From a virus (taxonomy: Duplodnaviria > Caudoviricetes): a stretch of DNA of 64,000 nt. The notes beneath the pieces were generated by a model. The model had not been told where the DNA came from. It worked only from the letters and a program-made list of their open reading frames with translations, and made no database searches. Position numbers and translations under genes: made by a program. The stretch covers positions 59,504-123,503 of the IMG/VR virus record IMGVR_UViG_3300023105_001451; one strand, given 5' to 3'. The first letter of the stretch is position 1. Every line of letters begins with the position of its first letter. Shown piece after piece: positions 8,672 through 17,846 of this stretch.

Positions 8672-9487
8672 ATGATTAGAGGAATTGGTGGCAAACCATA
8701 CATTAACTTAGATCCTTATTTAGACATAAAGGGTTTTAGGAATCTGCATCCAGAAATTTGCAAAGGTTTTGCATTAGCAAGAGATTATGCAAAAGAAGGA
8801 ACGTGGATGGCTCCTGGCTTTGACTGGAAGGACGCTTCTTATATTTTAAATTGGAAACCGATTTATCAAGCGTGGGATGACTATCAGTCATTGCCAGACG
8901 ACCACCCTATTAAGGTAGAAGGCAATAAAATATTACCAACAGACTTTGGCGACTATAGGCAACGAAACATTTTTACAAGATATTTAAAAACAACTATGGG
9001 TGCAAATGACCCATACATATATTATTTTTTATGGAATGAAGGAGATTGGAATGAAAGGAACGCTGAACGTCAAAAGACTGAAGAAGCGATTTTCTTTCCG
9101 GGTGTCGTTAAGTGGGTTGAAAGCCTCCAAGAAGAAGGTATCATTAGCCAAATCGGAAGGGTAATATTTTTCCACTGTGATCACAACGGTAGAGCATTTG
9201 AACATAGAGACTTAGATGCAAATAACGGAGTAATGGATGATAAGCAATATAGTCCGCACAATAATGAATTTATACATATACGCTATCGCACAAAAAGAGG
9301 ATTTTATATTTGGGATCCTGAAAGCGAAAATAAACATTACTTGAATTGTAATGCAGCGTTTTGGAATGATCAAGATTGGCACGGCGGAGAAAGTAGTGCT
9401 GAAGTAGAATACGGATTAAGAGTCGATTGTAAATTTACTCCTGAATTTAGAAAAGTGTTAGGCATAAGTCATTTAGAGAATTACTAA
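8672..9487 (+). CDS. Putative Fe(II)/2OG oxygenase-like protein
   Basis: EHRD...WHGG...LRVD facial-triad-like pattern. Confidence 0.5.
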   Translation: MIRGIGGKPYINLDPYLDIKGFRNLHPEICKGFALARDYAKEGTWMAPGFDWKDASYILNWKPIYQAWDDYQSLPDDHPIKVEGNKILPTDFGDYRQRNIFTRYLKTTMGANDPYIYYFLWNEGDWNERNAERQKTEEAIFFPGVVKWVESLQEEGIISQIGRVIFFHCDHNGRAFEHRDLDANNGVMDDKQYSPHNNEFIHIRYRTKRGFYIWDPESENKHYLNCNAAFWNDQDWHGGESSAEVEYGLRVDCKFTPEFRKVLGISHLENY

Positions 9488-10170
9488 TGAATATCGGGTT
9501 TTTTGGCGATAGCTTTAGCCACGAAAACAATAAGATTATTCAGATTGCAGATGGCTATAAAACTTATATACACCTCTTAGAAAAAGAGTTTAAAACAAAA
9601 ATATCAATAAAAAGTAGAGGAGGCTGTTCGCACTGGGACATCATCTTAAATCAGTTCTTGCCAAACAAAGACAACTTGCCTGATATTTGTATTTTTACTT
9701 GGCCTGATAAAAACAGATTTTTTCATAGAAAAATTAGGCATATACGCAGACAAGAAGCGTTAGAGTATTCAAATACAAAAAACAAATTTTTAAATATAAA
9801 TTATAGTAATGGTTTATACAAGAAGCAATGGAAAGCAGCAGAACTTTACTATAAAGATTTATTTGATGAAGAAAAAAATGATTTAGAATATCTTTCTTCA
9901 TTATACTATTTTGATAATGTAATTTTAAAAAATATTCAAAACAAAAAATTTATACATTTATGGAGTTTTGAAAATGTTTATAATTGGAATAATAATATTA
10001 CATTAAAAACTCCTTTAGTTAAAATTGCAGAAAGTGTAATACCTAATTATCACGAAGGACCGAGAGAAACAAATAAAAATTATCTAGCAATGAATCATTT
10101 ACCTGGACAAGAATTAAATGATATTGTGTTTGAAAAAGTGAAAGGATTAATAAATGAAGTATGTAAATAA
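9487..10170 (+). CDS. SGNH/GDSL-like protein
   Basis: FFGDSF, GGCS, C-terminal NHL. Confidence 0.6.
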   Translation: MNIGFFGDSFSHENNKIIQIADGYKTYIHLLEKEFKTKISIKSRGGCSHWDIILNQFLPNKDNLPDICIFTWPDKNRFFHRKIRHIRRQEALEYSNTKNKFLNINYSNGLYKKQWKAAELYYKDLFDEEKNDLEYLSSLYYFDNVILKNIQNKKFIHLWSFENVYNWNNNITLKTPLVKIAESVIPNYHEGPRETNKNYLAMNHLPGQELNDIVFEKVKGLINEVCK

Positions 10171-10642
10171 TTGGAAATACAATATTCATCCTTTACTTAG
10201 GCAACGTGTATTAGATACCGAAGGACAGGCCCGGCCTAGAGATTGGCCTCCAGCATTTGCAGTTGAGAGTGATGAATACAAACGTGCTGAAGAAGCAGGT
10301 TACGATTTATCGGCTGTACACTGGTGGGTTTATGAACAAGAAAACTTAGGTCCTGTAGTACTACCTTTAGAAAATAATTATCATTGGTGGATTACTAAAC
10401 TATATCCAGGACAGTTTATGCCAATGCACAGTGATCCGCACACACACGAAAGTCCTTGTAAACGTTATTGGATTCCGTTACAAGATTACGAACCAGGACA
10501 TATTTTTATATATAAGAAACACTTAATGACTGACTATAAAGCATTTGATGTTTTTACTTACGATAAAAGTACAGATATGCACGGAGCAGCTAACATAGGG
10601 CATACTCCGAGGGTAGTTTTACAAGTTACAGAATACGTATAA
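10154..10642 (+). CDS. Cupin-fold Fe(II)/2OG oxygenase
   Basis: PMHSD...MHGAANIGHTPRVVLQ. Confidence 0.7.
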   Translation: MKYVNNWKYNIHPLLRQRVLDTEGQARPRDWPPAFAVESDEYKRAEEAGYDLSAVHWWVYEQENLGPVVLPLENNYHWWITKLYPGQFMPMHSDPHTHESPCKRYWIPLQDYEPGHIFIYKKHLMTDYKAFDVFTYDKSTDMHGAANIGHTPRVVLQVTEYV

Positions 10643-11618
10643 ATTCTTTATTTTTTGGTAAAACGTTAAGTTCGTTTTTAATAACCTCAACATTATTTTT
10701 AGGACACATACTGCATTCGTCTATATGACAATATATGTTAGACATAAATTTATCAATTTCTTCGTCTGTACAATTAGCTAAGTCTAATCCTTTATATTTT
10801 AAATACTTTTGCCAATCTGGATCATCTAAAGATCCGTGTCTTGCCAAAAATGTTTCAAGTGTACCTAAAGCTGCACACTTATAAATTCTGCCGTCTCTAA
10901 GCAAAGCACAAAAATTACTAGGGCAACTGTTCCAGTAAGAAGATTTCGGATCGCCTTCGTCATAAGGTTTTGGCTTTCCGTCTACAAATTTTGTAATAGT
11001 ACTAAAATAGTCTGACTGAATGTAATACACACCGTATCCGTGATCTCCCATCCAAGCTCTGTCATTACCGTCTAAGTCGTCAGGAGTAAAATTAGTAGTG
11101 TCTAACCATTGTCGCCATTCGGGACCACCATCTTCTCTGCTGATAATTTTTCTCCACCATTCTTCGGCAGTACTTTCTTTTAAATCAAGTTTATCAGCTA
11201 AGTCTAATGTAGCCTGTATAATTCTGTTAGAATAACTTTTATCGTTAAATGCAGAAGTATGATCGCATACTTGTATACACATGTTATATTGTTTAGCTAA
11301 GTCTGCTACTAAATCTAAATTTTTACTTAGTAACATGCCGTTTGTAGGAAAAATTATTTTTGAATCAGGTTCCAATGATCTAAGATAGTCTAATATTGCC
11401 TTACACTTATCAATATATAATAAAGGTTCACCACCTAGTACTCCCCAGATGTCTACATTAAATTTTTCGTGAGCTAGTCTTATACTTTCTTTTATACCTT
11501 CTAATTCAGGATCGTCAGAAGTGCCTCTTACATGATCACTCCTTGTGTCGCATTGACTACAAGCTAAGTTGCACTTGTTTCCATAAAATATGTCAAGTAT
11601 TTTAATTTCTCTTTTCAT
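10626..11618 (-). CDS. Radical SAM protein with C-terminal Cys cluster
   Basis: CNLACSQC, GGEPLL, TNG; C-terminal C..C..IYKC..CSMCP. Confidence 0.9.
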   Translation of the reverse strand: MKREIKILDIFYGNKCNLACSQCDTRSDHVRGTSDDPELEGIKESIRLAHEKFNVDIWGVLGGEPLLYIDKCKAILDYLRSLEPDSKIIFPTNGMLLSKNLDLVADLAKQYNMCIQVCDHTSAFNDKSYSNRIIQATLDLADKLDLKESTAEEWWRKIISREDGGPEWRQWLDTTNFTPDDLDGNDRAWMGDHGYGVYYIQSDYFSTITKFVDGKPKPYDEGDPKSSYWNSCPSNFCALLRDGRIYKCAALGTLETFLARHGSLDDPDWQKYLKYKGLDLANCTDEEIDKFMSNIYCHIDECSMCPKNNVEVIKNELNVLPKNKEFIRIL

Positions 11619-12339
11619 ACTGTTTCCTGTAGCTATTAGCTACTAAATCTATAAAATCATACTTTCTATTGCCAGGTATACCATGTGCAATTAAATGTGT
11701 GCGTGGGTACATACTTTGATTTATTACACTATGATATTTACGAATATTTATTATAAATGCCTTTCCGGCTAAAAACGGAACTATGCCCTCTCCTTCTAAC
11801 GTCATTTTACACATAGGGGGATGTGTAATTGCTACATTAATAGGTACACCAAAGTCCAACATATCTATGCCTTGCTCTCCTGGTAGTCGCCCCGGAGCAT
11901 CACTATGAGGAGATATTTCTCCTCGTCCTTCTAGTTGCATAAATCTAATACGTCTATATGTTTGATACGGAAAGTCTTCCCAAAACTTTTTTATATGGGG
12001 CGTTTTTTCACTTAGACTTGTCCATTTGTACGGCACTTCTGATTCGTCTTTCCAGTCTCCGTAATTAGTCCATGCTCCTGTTTTGTCTACATCAATTCCG
12101 TGTATACAAGAACTCCTCCAGCCAGGATGTTCACTACCTCTATGATCTACATATTCAGCAAATCGAGTTTCGCTTTCCCACAGCTTATGCGGAATGTCTA
12201 TATCTAATTCTAGCCAAGCAAAGTCGCTTCTGTTCAACAACCAACTAGCAATATCGTAATTAGTTGAACAATATCGAGGTGCTTCTGGAAGTGTTGCGTT
12301 AAAATCTTTGTTTGCGTTATAGAATTCCAAGGCATTCAT
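11602..12339 (-). CDS. Asp/Asn beta-hydroxylase-like oxygenase
   Basis: ISPHSD...YHSVIN..RTHLI; start set at the ATG 5 nt after TAAATA (12345-12350). Confidence 0.75.
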   Translation of the reverse strand: MNALEFYNANKDFNATLPEAPRYCSTNYDIASWLLNRSDFAWLELDIDIPHKLWESETRFAEYVDHRGSEHPGWRSSCIHGIDVDKTGAWTNYGDWKDESEVPYKWTSLSEKTPHIKKFWEDFPYQTYRRIRFMQLEGRGEISPHSDAPGRLPGEQGIDMLDFGVPINVAITHPPMCKMTLEGEGIVPFLAGKAFIINIRKYHSVINQSMYPRTHLIAHGIPGNRKYDFIDLVANSYRKQYEKRN

Positions 12340-12344
12340 AAACA

Positions 12345-12373
12345 TATTTATGTGCGTATATTACTGATAAGTA
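12345..12373. promoter_or_regulatory. Divergent late promoters TAAATA (-, 12345-12350) and TAAGTA (+, 12368-12373)
   Basis: Each is 5 nt before an in-frame ATG (12339 and 12379). Confidence 0.65.
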
Positions 12374-12378
12374 TGTAT

Positions 12379-13209
12379 ATGGTTAAGCTAAAAATTCCAC
12401 ATTTAGAGTGGCACGTTGCTCACGCTTGTAATTTTACGTGCGAAGGGTGCTGCCATTTTTCTAATATGGGTCCAACTACTCCTATAAGTTTTGAAGATAT
12501 AAAAGATTGGTATAATACTTGGGCGCCTAGACTTGCTCCAAAAACTATAGATATATTAGGTGGTGAGCCGCTATTGAACAAACGTATTGTAGATATTGTA
12601 GAACTAACAAGAAACAAATGGGACGATCCTTATTTAGAAAGACTTGACATAACCACTAATGGTGTGCTATTATATAAGTATCCTGATTTGCCTAAAGTGC
12701 TTAGTGACAATAATTGTGGTTTAAAAATATCAAAGCATGGAACAAACACTGAGTATAATGAGCTTTGGAAAAGCATAGAAAGTATTGCATTAGAATGGAA
12801 AGAGAAATATAATATTAATGTAGACTTTTGGAAATCAGACGTTGTGTGGTTTGAGATGTACAAAGGGTTTGGCAATAGCATGGAACCTTTTGAAGATAAT
12901 AACCCAGAAGAAAGTTGGAATAATTGTGTAACAGGACAAGATTGTTTTCAAATACATGAAGGCAATATTTACAAATGCGCACCGCTTGCATACTTACCGA
13001 TGACAGGACAAATGTATAATTTGTCAGATAAATGGGATCATTATTTAACTTACAAACCAATTACACCAAATTGTACAGATAAAGAATTAGAAGATTTCTT
13101 TAATCGTAAAGCAGAAAGTTATTGTGGAATGTGTCCTAAGAATCCAAAAATTTTAAATAGAAAAAATGATCCACGCCTATCAAAAATACATTACGAGGAA
13201 ATAAAATGA
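12379..13209 (+). CDS. Radical SAM protein with C-terminal Cys cluster
   Basis: CNFTCEGC, GGEPLL, TTNG, IYKC, CGMCP; start reassigned to 12379. Confidence 0.9.
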   Translation: MVKLKIPHLEWHVAHACNFTCEGCCHFSNMGPTTPISFEDIKDWYNTWAPRLAPKTIDILGGEPLLNKRIVDIVELTRNKWDDPYLERLDITTNGVLLYKYPDLPKVLSDNNCGLKISKHGTNTEYNELWKSIESIALEWKEKYNINVDFWKSDVVWFEMYKGFGNSMEPFEDNNPEESWNNCVTGQDCFQIHEGNIYKCAPLAYLPMTGQMYNLSDKWDHYLTYKPITPNCTDKELEDFFNRKAESYCGMCPKNPKILNRKNDPRLSKIHYEEIK

Positions 13210-14462
13210 AAAAAGGTAAAATTATTATTATGGAATGGATGTGTGACTACAACTATTTCGACGATGAAACTTTTGCACCTGTTAGGGAAGCATTGGTTAA
13301 AAGAGATTTAGATCAAGCAGCAGCCGAAGGATGTAATACAGTTTTAGGCATTTTATTTTTAGACGGGTTTTTGCCTATTAAAGACAAACAGGCATTTATT
13401 GATTATATTCAAGAATTAAAAGATTATGCTGAATCTGTTGGAATAACTGATATGAGACTTGCAAGCGGCCACGGCGAAGACTTTGAAGGCTTGCCTGTGC
13501 CACATTACTTTTTTGACAATGTATTTAGAATCACATTTAATGCATACAGAAACTTGATGGATCGACTGCCTCAGTCTTGGGATACTTCACAGACTAGAGC
13601 ATTGATGCTAGGTGGTATGCCTGATCGCTGCAATCGAATTGGATTGCTTGCTAGATTTTACGATGAAGGTATGGTAGGTAAGGATCTTGAGTGGAGTTTC
13701 TTTCCACCTTGGGCACCATTGGATCAGCAGTGGTGCAGAGACTATATGCGAGAAACTTTTCCAGATTGGACAGACGAAAAGTATGAAAAGTTTCTTAAAG
13801 ATTGTGAAAAAAGATTTGACGATAGATACTTAACTTGTATGCCTTGGTATGGAAATTATACTACAGAAGAATTTGACGAGCCTTGGTATACAGTTAGAGA
13901 TACTGAGTGGGTTCATAATCCTACGCTAATTGATATTGGTGTTTACGAAAATTGTTTGTTTGACGTAGTAGCAGAAGGTCCTAATTATTGGGGCACTGGT
14001 AATTATCAATTTTTAACAGAAAAGATATGGCGTCCTATTATGCATAGACGTCCTTTTATACTTGCAGGTTGGCCCGGACAATGGGAGTATTTAGAAAGAT
14101 TAGGTTATAAAACATTCAAAGAATATTTGCCAATACCTGATTACGGAATGATAGAAGATGACGAAGAACGTATGGCGGCAGTAGTAGAAAATACAAAATA
14201 TCTACTAACACATAGAGAGCATGATGAAAAAATTCGTGAAGATGTAGAATACAATTATAACTTAATACTGCAAAAAAATGAATACCAGAAAAAAATGTGG
14301 CGTCATTGGCACGATGACTTAGGAATCGATTGGTGGCAATTAGAAAAATTTATTGTTAACAGAATCGGTTATTCGGATATTATTATACCTGTTCCTGAAG
14401 AGTTTTTGCCAGAACGTATTGAAGGTAGAGATAGAGTTTATGGAGGTGGCGGCGCAACGTGA
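13206..14462 (+). CDS. Putative glycosyltransferase (GT10/exostosin-like GT-B fold)
   Basis: VVAE..FLTEKIWRPI..PFILAG..LGYKTF..YG signature. Confidence 0.55.
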   Translation: MKKGKIIIMEWMCDYNYFDDETFAPVREALVKRDLDQAAAEGCNTVLGILFLDGFLPIKDKQAFIDYIQELKDYAESVGITDMRLASGHGEDFEGLPVPHYFFDNVFRITFNAYRNLMDRLPQSWDTSQTRALMLGGMPDRCNRIGLLARFYDEGMVGKDLEWSFFPPWAPLDQQWCRDYMRETFPDWTDEKYEKFLKDCEKRFDDRYLTCMPWYGNYTTEEFDEPWYTVRDTEWVHNPTLIDIGVYENCLFDVVAEGPNYWGTGNYQFLTEKIWRPIMHRRPFILAGWPGQWEYLERLGYKTFKEYLPIPDYGMIEDDEERMAAVVENTKYLLTHREHDEKIREDVEYNYNLILQKNEYQKKMWRHWHDDLGIDWWQLEKFIVNRIGYSDIIIPVPEEFLPERIEGRDRVYGGGGAT

Positions 14463-15376
14463 AGAAATGTTCTGCATTTTGGAAGCATACTAATGTAAGA
14501 GGCGATAACAGAGTATTTCCTTGTTGTCGTTTTAAAAAGCCTGTTGACACCTTTAAAGGTAGTTTGGAGGATATTCTTATATCAGATGTATACGAAGAAC
14601 TTAGGAATACTGATGTATCTAAAATGCCTGAGTGTGCTAAGTGTATGTACGAAGAACACAAAGGAAGAAAAAGTTTACGACAAAAATTTAACGAAGCATA
14701 TGATACTGATACAGTAGGGTTAGAATATTTAGAAATTGGGTTTGACAATATATGTAATCTAACCTGTGACGGTTGTTGGGGAGAGTTTAGTAGTGCGTGG
14801 AGTAAAAAACTCAATCCTGATGCGCCTAAAAGTCTACATTATACAAGTATTGATGAAATTACTTCAGTTCCAGATACAATAAAAAAAGTAGTATTTTTAG
14901 GTGGTGAACCGTTAATGACTTCACGCCACGAAAAGTTTTTAAATTTAGTAAAAGATCCTAGCAAAGTTGAAATAACTTATAACACTAACGCAACATTTAT
15001 GTTATCTGAGCAACTTATAAGTTTATTAAAACAGTTCAAAAATGTACATTTTATTGTTAGTATTGATGGATATAAAGAGCTAAATGAAAAAGTTCGTAGC
15101 GGAACAAAATGGATCGATGTATTAAACTTTATTGAACAAGTAAAAGATAATAATTTTTCGATGAGTATTAATAGTGTGTTACATTTAAACAACTGGCACG
15201 GAATGCCCGAGCTAGAAAGTTTTGTAAAAACCTTAAATGTTGATTGGGAATTAAATATATTAACTTATCCTTTACATCTAGATGTTAAAAATTATAGTGA
15301 CAAAGAAGAAGTAAAAACAATTATTAACGCTACAAATATACCAAACAAAGAATATGTCCTCAACCATTTATCATAA
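14459..15376 (+). CDS. Radical SAM protein with N-terminal SPASM/twitch-like Cys cluster
   Basis: CNLTCDGC, GGEPL, SIDG; paralogue of 6816-7958. Confidence 0.9.
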   Translation: MKKCSAFWKHTNVRGDNRVFPCCRFKKPVDTFKGSLEDILISDVYEELRNTDVSKMPECAKCMYEEHKGRKSLRQKFNEAYDTDTVGLEYLEIGFDNICNLTCDGCWGEFSSAWSKKLNPDAPKSLHYTSIDEITSVPDTIKKVVFLGGEPLMTSRHEKFLNLVKDPSKVEITYNTNATFMLSEQLISLLKQFKNVHFIVSIDGYKELNEKVRSGTKWIDVLNFIEQVKDNNFSMSINSVLHLNNWHGMPELESFVKTLNVDWELNILTYPLHLDVKNYSDKEEVKTIINATNIPNKEYVLNHLS

Positions 15377-15854
15377 TATACAACAGATTGCTACACAAGA
15401 GGCAAAGTCTATCGAAAACTTATTACAGCATTTTACAAATGTAATTGAAGTTGACGATAGCCCAGACTTAACGGATATCCATCCGCGTGATCGTAATGAT
15501 ATTAATTTAAATTTTATAGTTGTAGATGACACGCTATTTCCAAAAACTTATAAATTATTAAAAACAATACCAGAATTTATTGATGCAAACATAATCGGGT
15601 TTGGGCCACAGTCTCAATTATATCCACATGTTGATACTGTAGAATTAGAACCGTATGCAGAAATAGATTGGCTTAGTGTGTATATAGGATTGTTTGTTCC
15701 TAGTTACGATGCAGATAAAGTTGGAGTTAAAGTAGGAAAAACTGTTTACAATCATAAAAATACTATTATCTTTGATACACAAATTCCTCATAGTGCTTGG
15801 AACTGGACAGACGACTGGTGGGTGTCAATTAGAATTGCTGTCAGAAAGTGTTAG
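15354..15854 (+). CDS. Asp/Asn beta-hydroxylase-like oxygenase
   Basis: LYPHVD...IFDTQIPHSAWN. Confidence 0.75.
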   Translation: MSSTIYHNIQQIATQEAKSIENLLQHFTNVIEVDDSPDLTDIHPRDRNDINLNFIVVDDTLFPKTYKLLKTIPEFIDANIIGFGPQSQLYPHVDTVELEPYAEIDWLSVYIGLFVPSYDADKVGVKVGKTVYNHKNTIIFDTQIPHSAWNWTDDWWVSIRIAVRKC

Positions 15855-16688
15855 TACTTTAATCTTTTTAGTTTTAGAAACTTCTGGAAGTGTAATTTTT
15901 TCAGCCCATGGACAAAAAGCACATTGTGATTGTGGCTCTAATCTAGTTTTAACCCACTCGTTAAATTCGTCAATTGTACAACCTAAATCTACACTTGCTA
16001 AGTCTTTGTACTTTCCGTCTATCTGAAAAGTTTTTGATAATTGTGGCAATATTGCTTGTCTAGCACATCTATAAAATCTTCCTTCTAAGAAGTACATACA
16101 TTCTGAAGCAATACATTTTTTATGTGACTCTTTTGGATCATAAAGTTTATCCCAAGTAAGTTTCTGTCCTGGTTTTGCAATTAAGCTCTCTTTATAAAAC
16201 AACCAAGACTCGCTTATTTTCCCCATATACTTTCCATCTAGTGAAAGTTCGTAATGCCATACTGCGTCTTCGTGTGAATCGTCAAAATACTTTTTCCACG
16301 TAATCTTAGGAAAATTGTTATTAAACCAAGCAAGTGTACAACTCAAATCTTTAGGTGAATGTGCAGATATTTCTAAACGCCAATTTCTTTCTGGCCAGTC
16401 ACTGGGAATTCTGTCCAAGTTTCTTCCATTCGTAACTATCCATTTATTATCATGATTAGGCCAAACAGTTTCTACTTGTTTCATCCAATCATTCAGATAC
16501 GGATTAGTAGTAGGCTCACCACCTAAGATTGTTATCCAGTCAAAGTAAACTTTGTCTTTTAATTTATACAAATCTTCATGTGGCTTAAAATGTCCGCCCC
16601 AATTTAAGTTATTGTAGGTAAAACAACTATCACAGCCAATGTCGCATGTATGACTGATGTACAAACTAAGTTCCGGTAATGTAATCAT
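15825..16688 (-). CDS. Radical SAM protein with C-terminal Cys cluster
   Basis: CDIGCDSC, GGEPT, TNG, FYRC, CAFCP; TAAATA 7 nt upstream of the ATG. Confidence 0.9.
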   Translation of the reverse strand: MITLPELSLYISHTCDIGCDSCFTYNNLNWGGHFKPHEDLYKLKDKVYFDWITILGGEPTTNPYLNDWMKQVETVWPNHDNKWIVTNGRNLDRIPSDWPERNWRLEISAHSPKDLSCTLAWFNNNFPKITWKKYFDDSHEDAVWHYELSLDGKYMGKISESWLFYKESLIAKPGQKLTWDKLYDPKESHKKCIASECMYFLEGRFYRCARQAILPQLSKTFQIDGKYKDLASVDLGCTIDEFNEWVKTRLEPQSQCAFCPWAEKITLPEVSKTKKIKVLTLSDSNSN

Positions 16689-16769
16689 TATTACATATTT
16701 AACCAGGACTAGTCTTTTTTACTGTAGAGATGATTAAATACATTAATATTAGCAGTAAAGGAGAACGAA

Positions 16770-17846
16770 TTGAAGGTAACTGAAATACCAGGGCTTGGGT
16801 CATTTGGGCATTATATTGACGATGTTGACTTTGATAATTTGTCTCGAGAAGAATGGTTTGAAATTGGTAAATTACATTTAAAAGGTTTAGTAACAATACT
16901 TAGAAATGTAAAAATTTCTAGAGATGACTACGTAGATAGAATAAGACAATGGGGGCCGGGAAAAGGAACACGTAATTCAAGAGCACATTTTAAAATGAAA
17001 TATGGAGAAGATTTTGATCCAAAAGATGAAGGTGCTTTTGACAAATTTAATGTAAGTGAAGAAGATAGAAAATATTTAATTTTTAAAAGACATTTTGTTG
17101 ATAAGACAGAAGGTGGAAACTTTCTTACTCGTGTTAGTGGAGAAAAAGATGCTGACGGTAATTCACTAGGTGCGTTTTCTGATGGTGAGTTGCTTTGGCA
17201 TAGTAATGAGTCGAGCGAATTAACTTTTGCTCCTGAAGTAGCATTATTAGGTTTTCAACACATGAAAGGCAGTAGTACCGGATTTGTACAAAGCGTTGAT
17301 TTATATCATTCATTTAGTGAAAGTTTCCGTAGTGAGTTAGACGAAATGGTTATAATTCACGAATATATTCCAGGCGGCATCAACGACAGAGAACTTACTG
17401 ATCCTAATTTAGCTCATGTTCTTAGAATGGAATTTTGTCAATTTGATGGCGCAGAAGTTCCTATGGTACTAACAAGTCCAGGAGGTAATAAAGGATTACA
17501 TTATACTACAAATACTGCAACAGGTATAAAAGGAATGAGTAAACAAGAATCAGATAAGATTTTTAAAATTATCGATGAAGCATTGTTTACAGAAAAATAT
17601 GTTTATGACCACAAATATGAATCAGACAGCGACTTATGTTTATTTGACAATAGTGTTACATTACATAGACGTAAAGATCCAGGACATCCTAACAGATTAG
17701 CATATAGAATACAATATGATCCTTCTAATTTACTAGATAGTCCGTGGTATCCGTACAATCACTTTCCTGAATATGCAGAAAAATATAAACAACAAACACA
17801 CGAACTTATAGAACTTACTGGTCTTAAGGATTTTAAACTACCATAA
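16770..17846 (+). CDS. TauD/TfdA family dioxygenase
   Basis: LLWHSNE, STGF, LFDNSVTLHRR..RLAYRI; TTG start after AAGGAG; upstream TAAATA at 16735-16740. Confidence 0.8.
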   Translation: MKVTEIPGLGSFGHYIDDVDFDNLSREEWFEIGKLHLKGLVTILRNVKISRDDYVDRIRQWGPGKGTRNSRAHFKMKYGEDFDPKDEGAFDKFNVSEEDRKYLIFKRHFVDKTEGGNFLTRVSGEKDADGNSLGAFSDGELLWHSNESSELTFAPEVALLGFQHMKGSSTGFVQSVDLYHSFSESFRSELDEMVIIHEYIPGGINDRELTDPNLAHVLRMEFCQFDGAEVPMVLTSPGGNKGLHYTTNTATGIKGMSKQESDKIFKIIDEALFTEKYVYDHKYESDSDLCLFDNSVTLHRRKDPGHPNRLAYRIQYDPSNLLDSPWYPYNHFPEYAEKYKQQTHELIELTGLKDFKLP

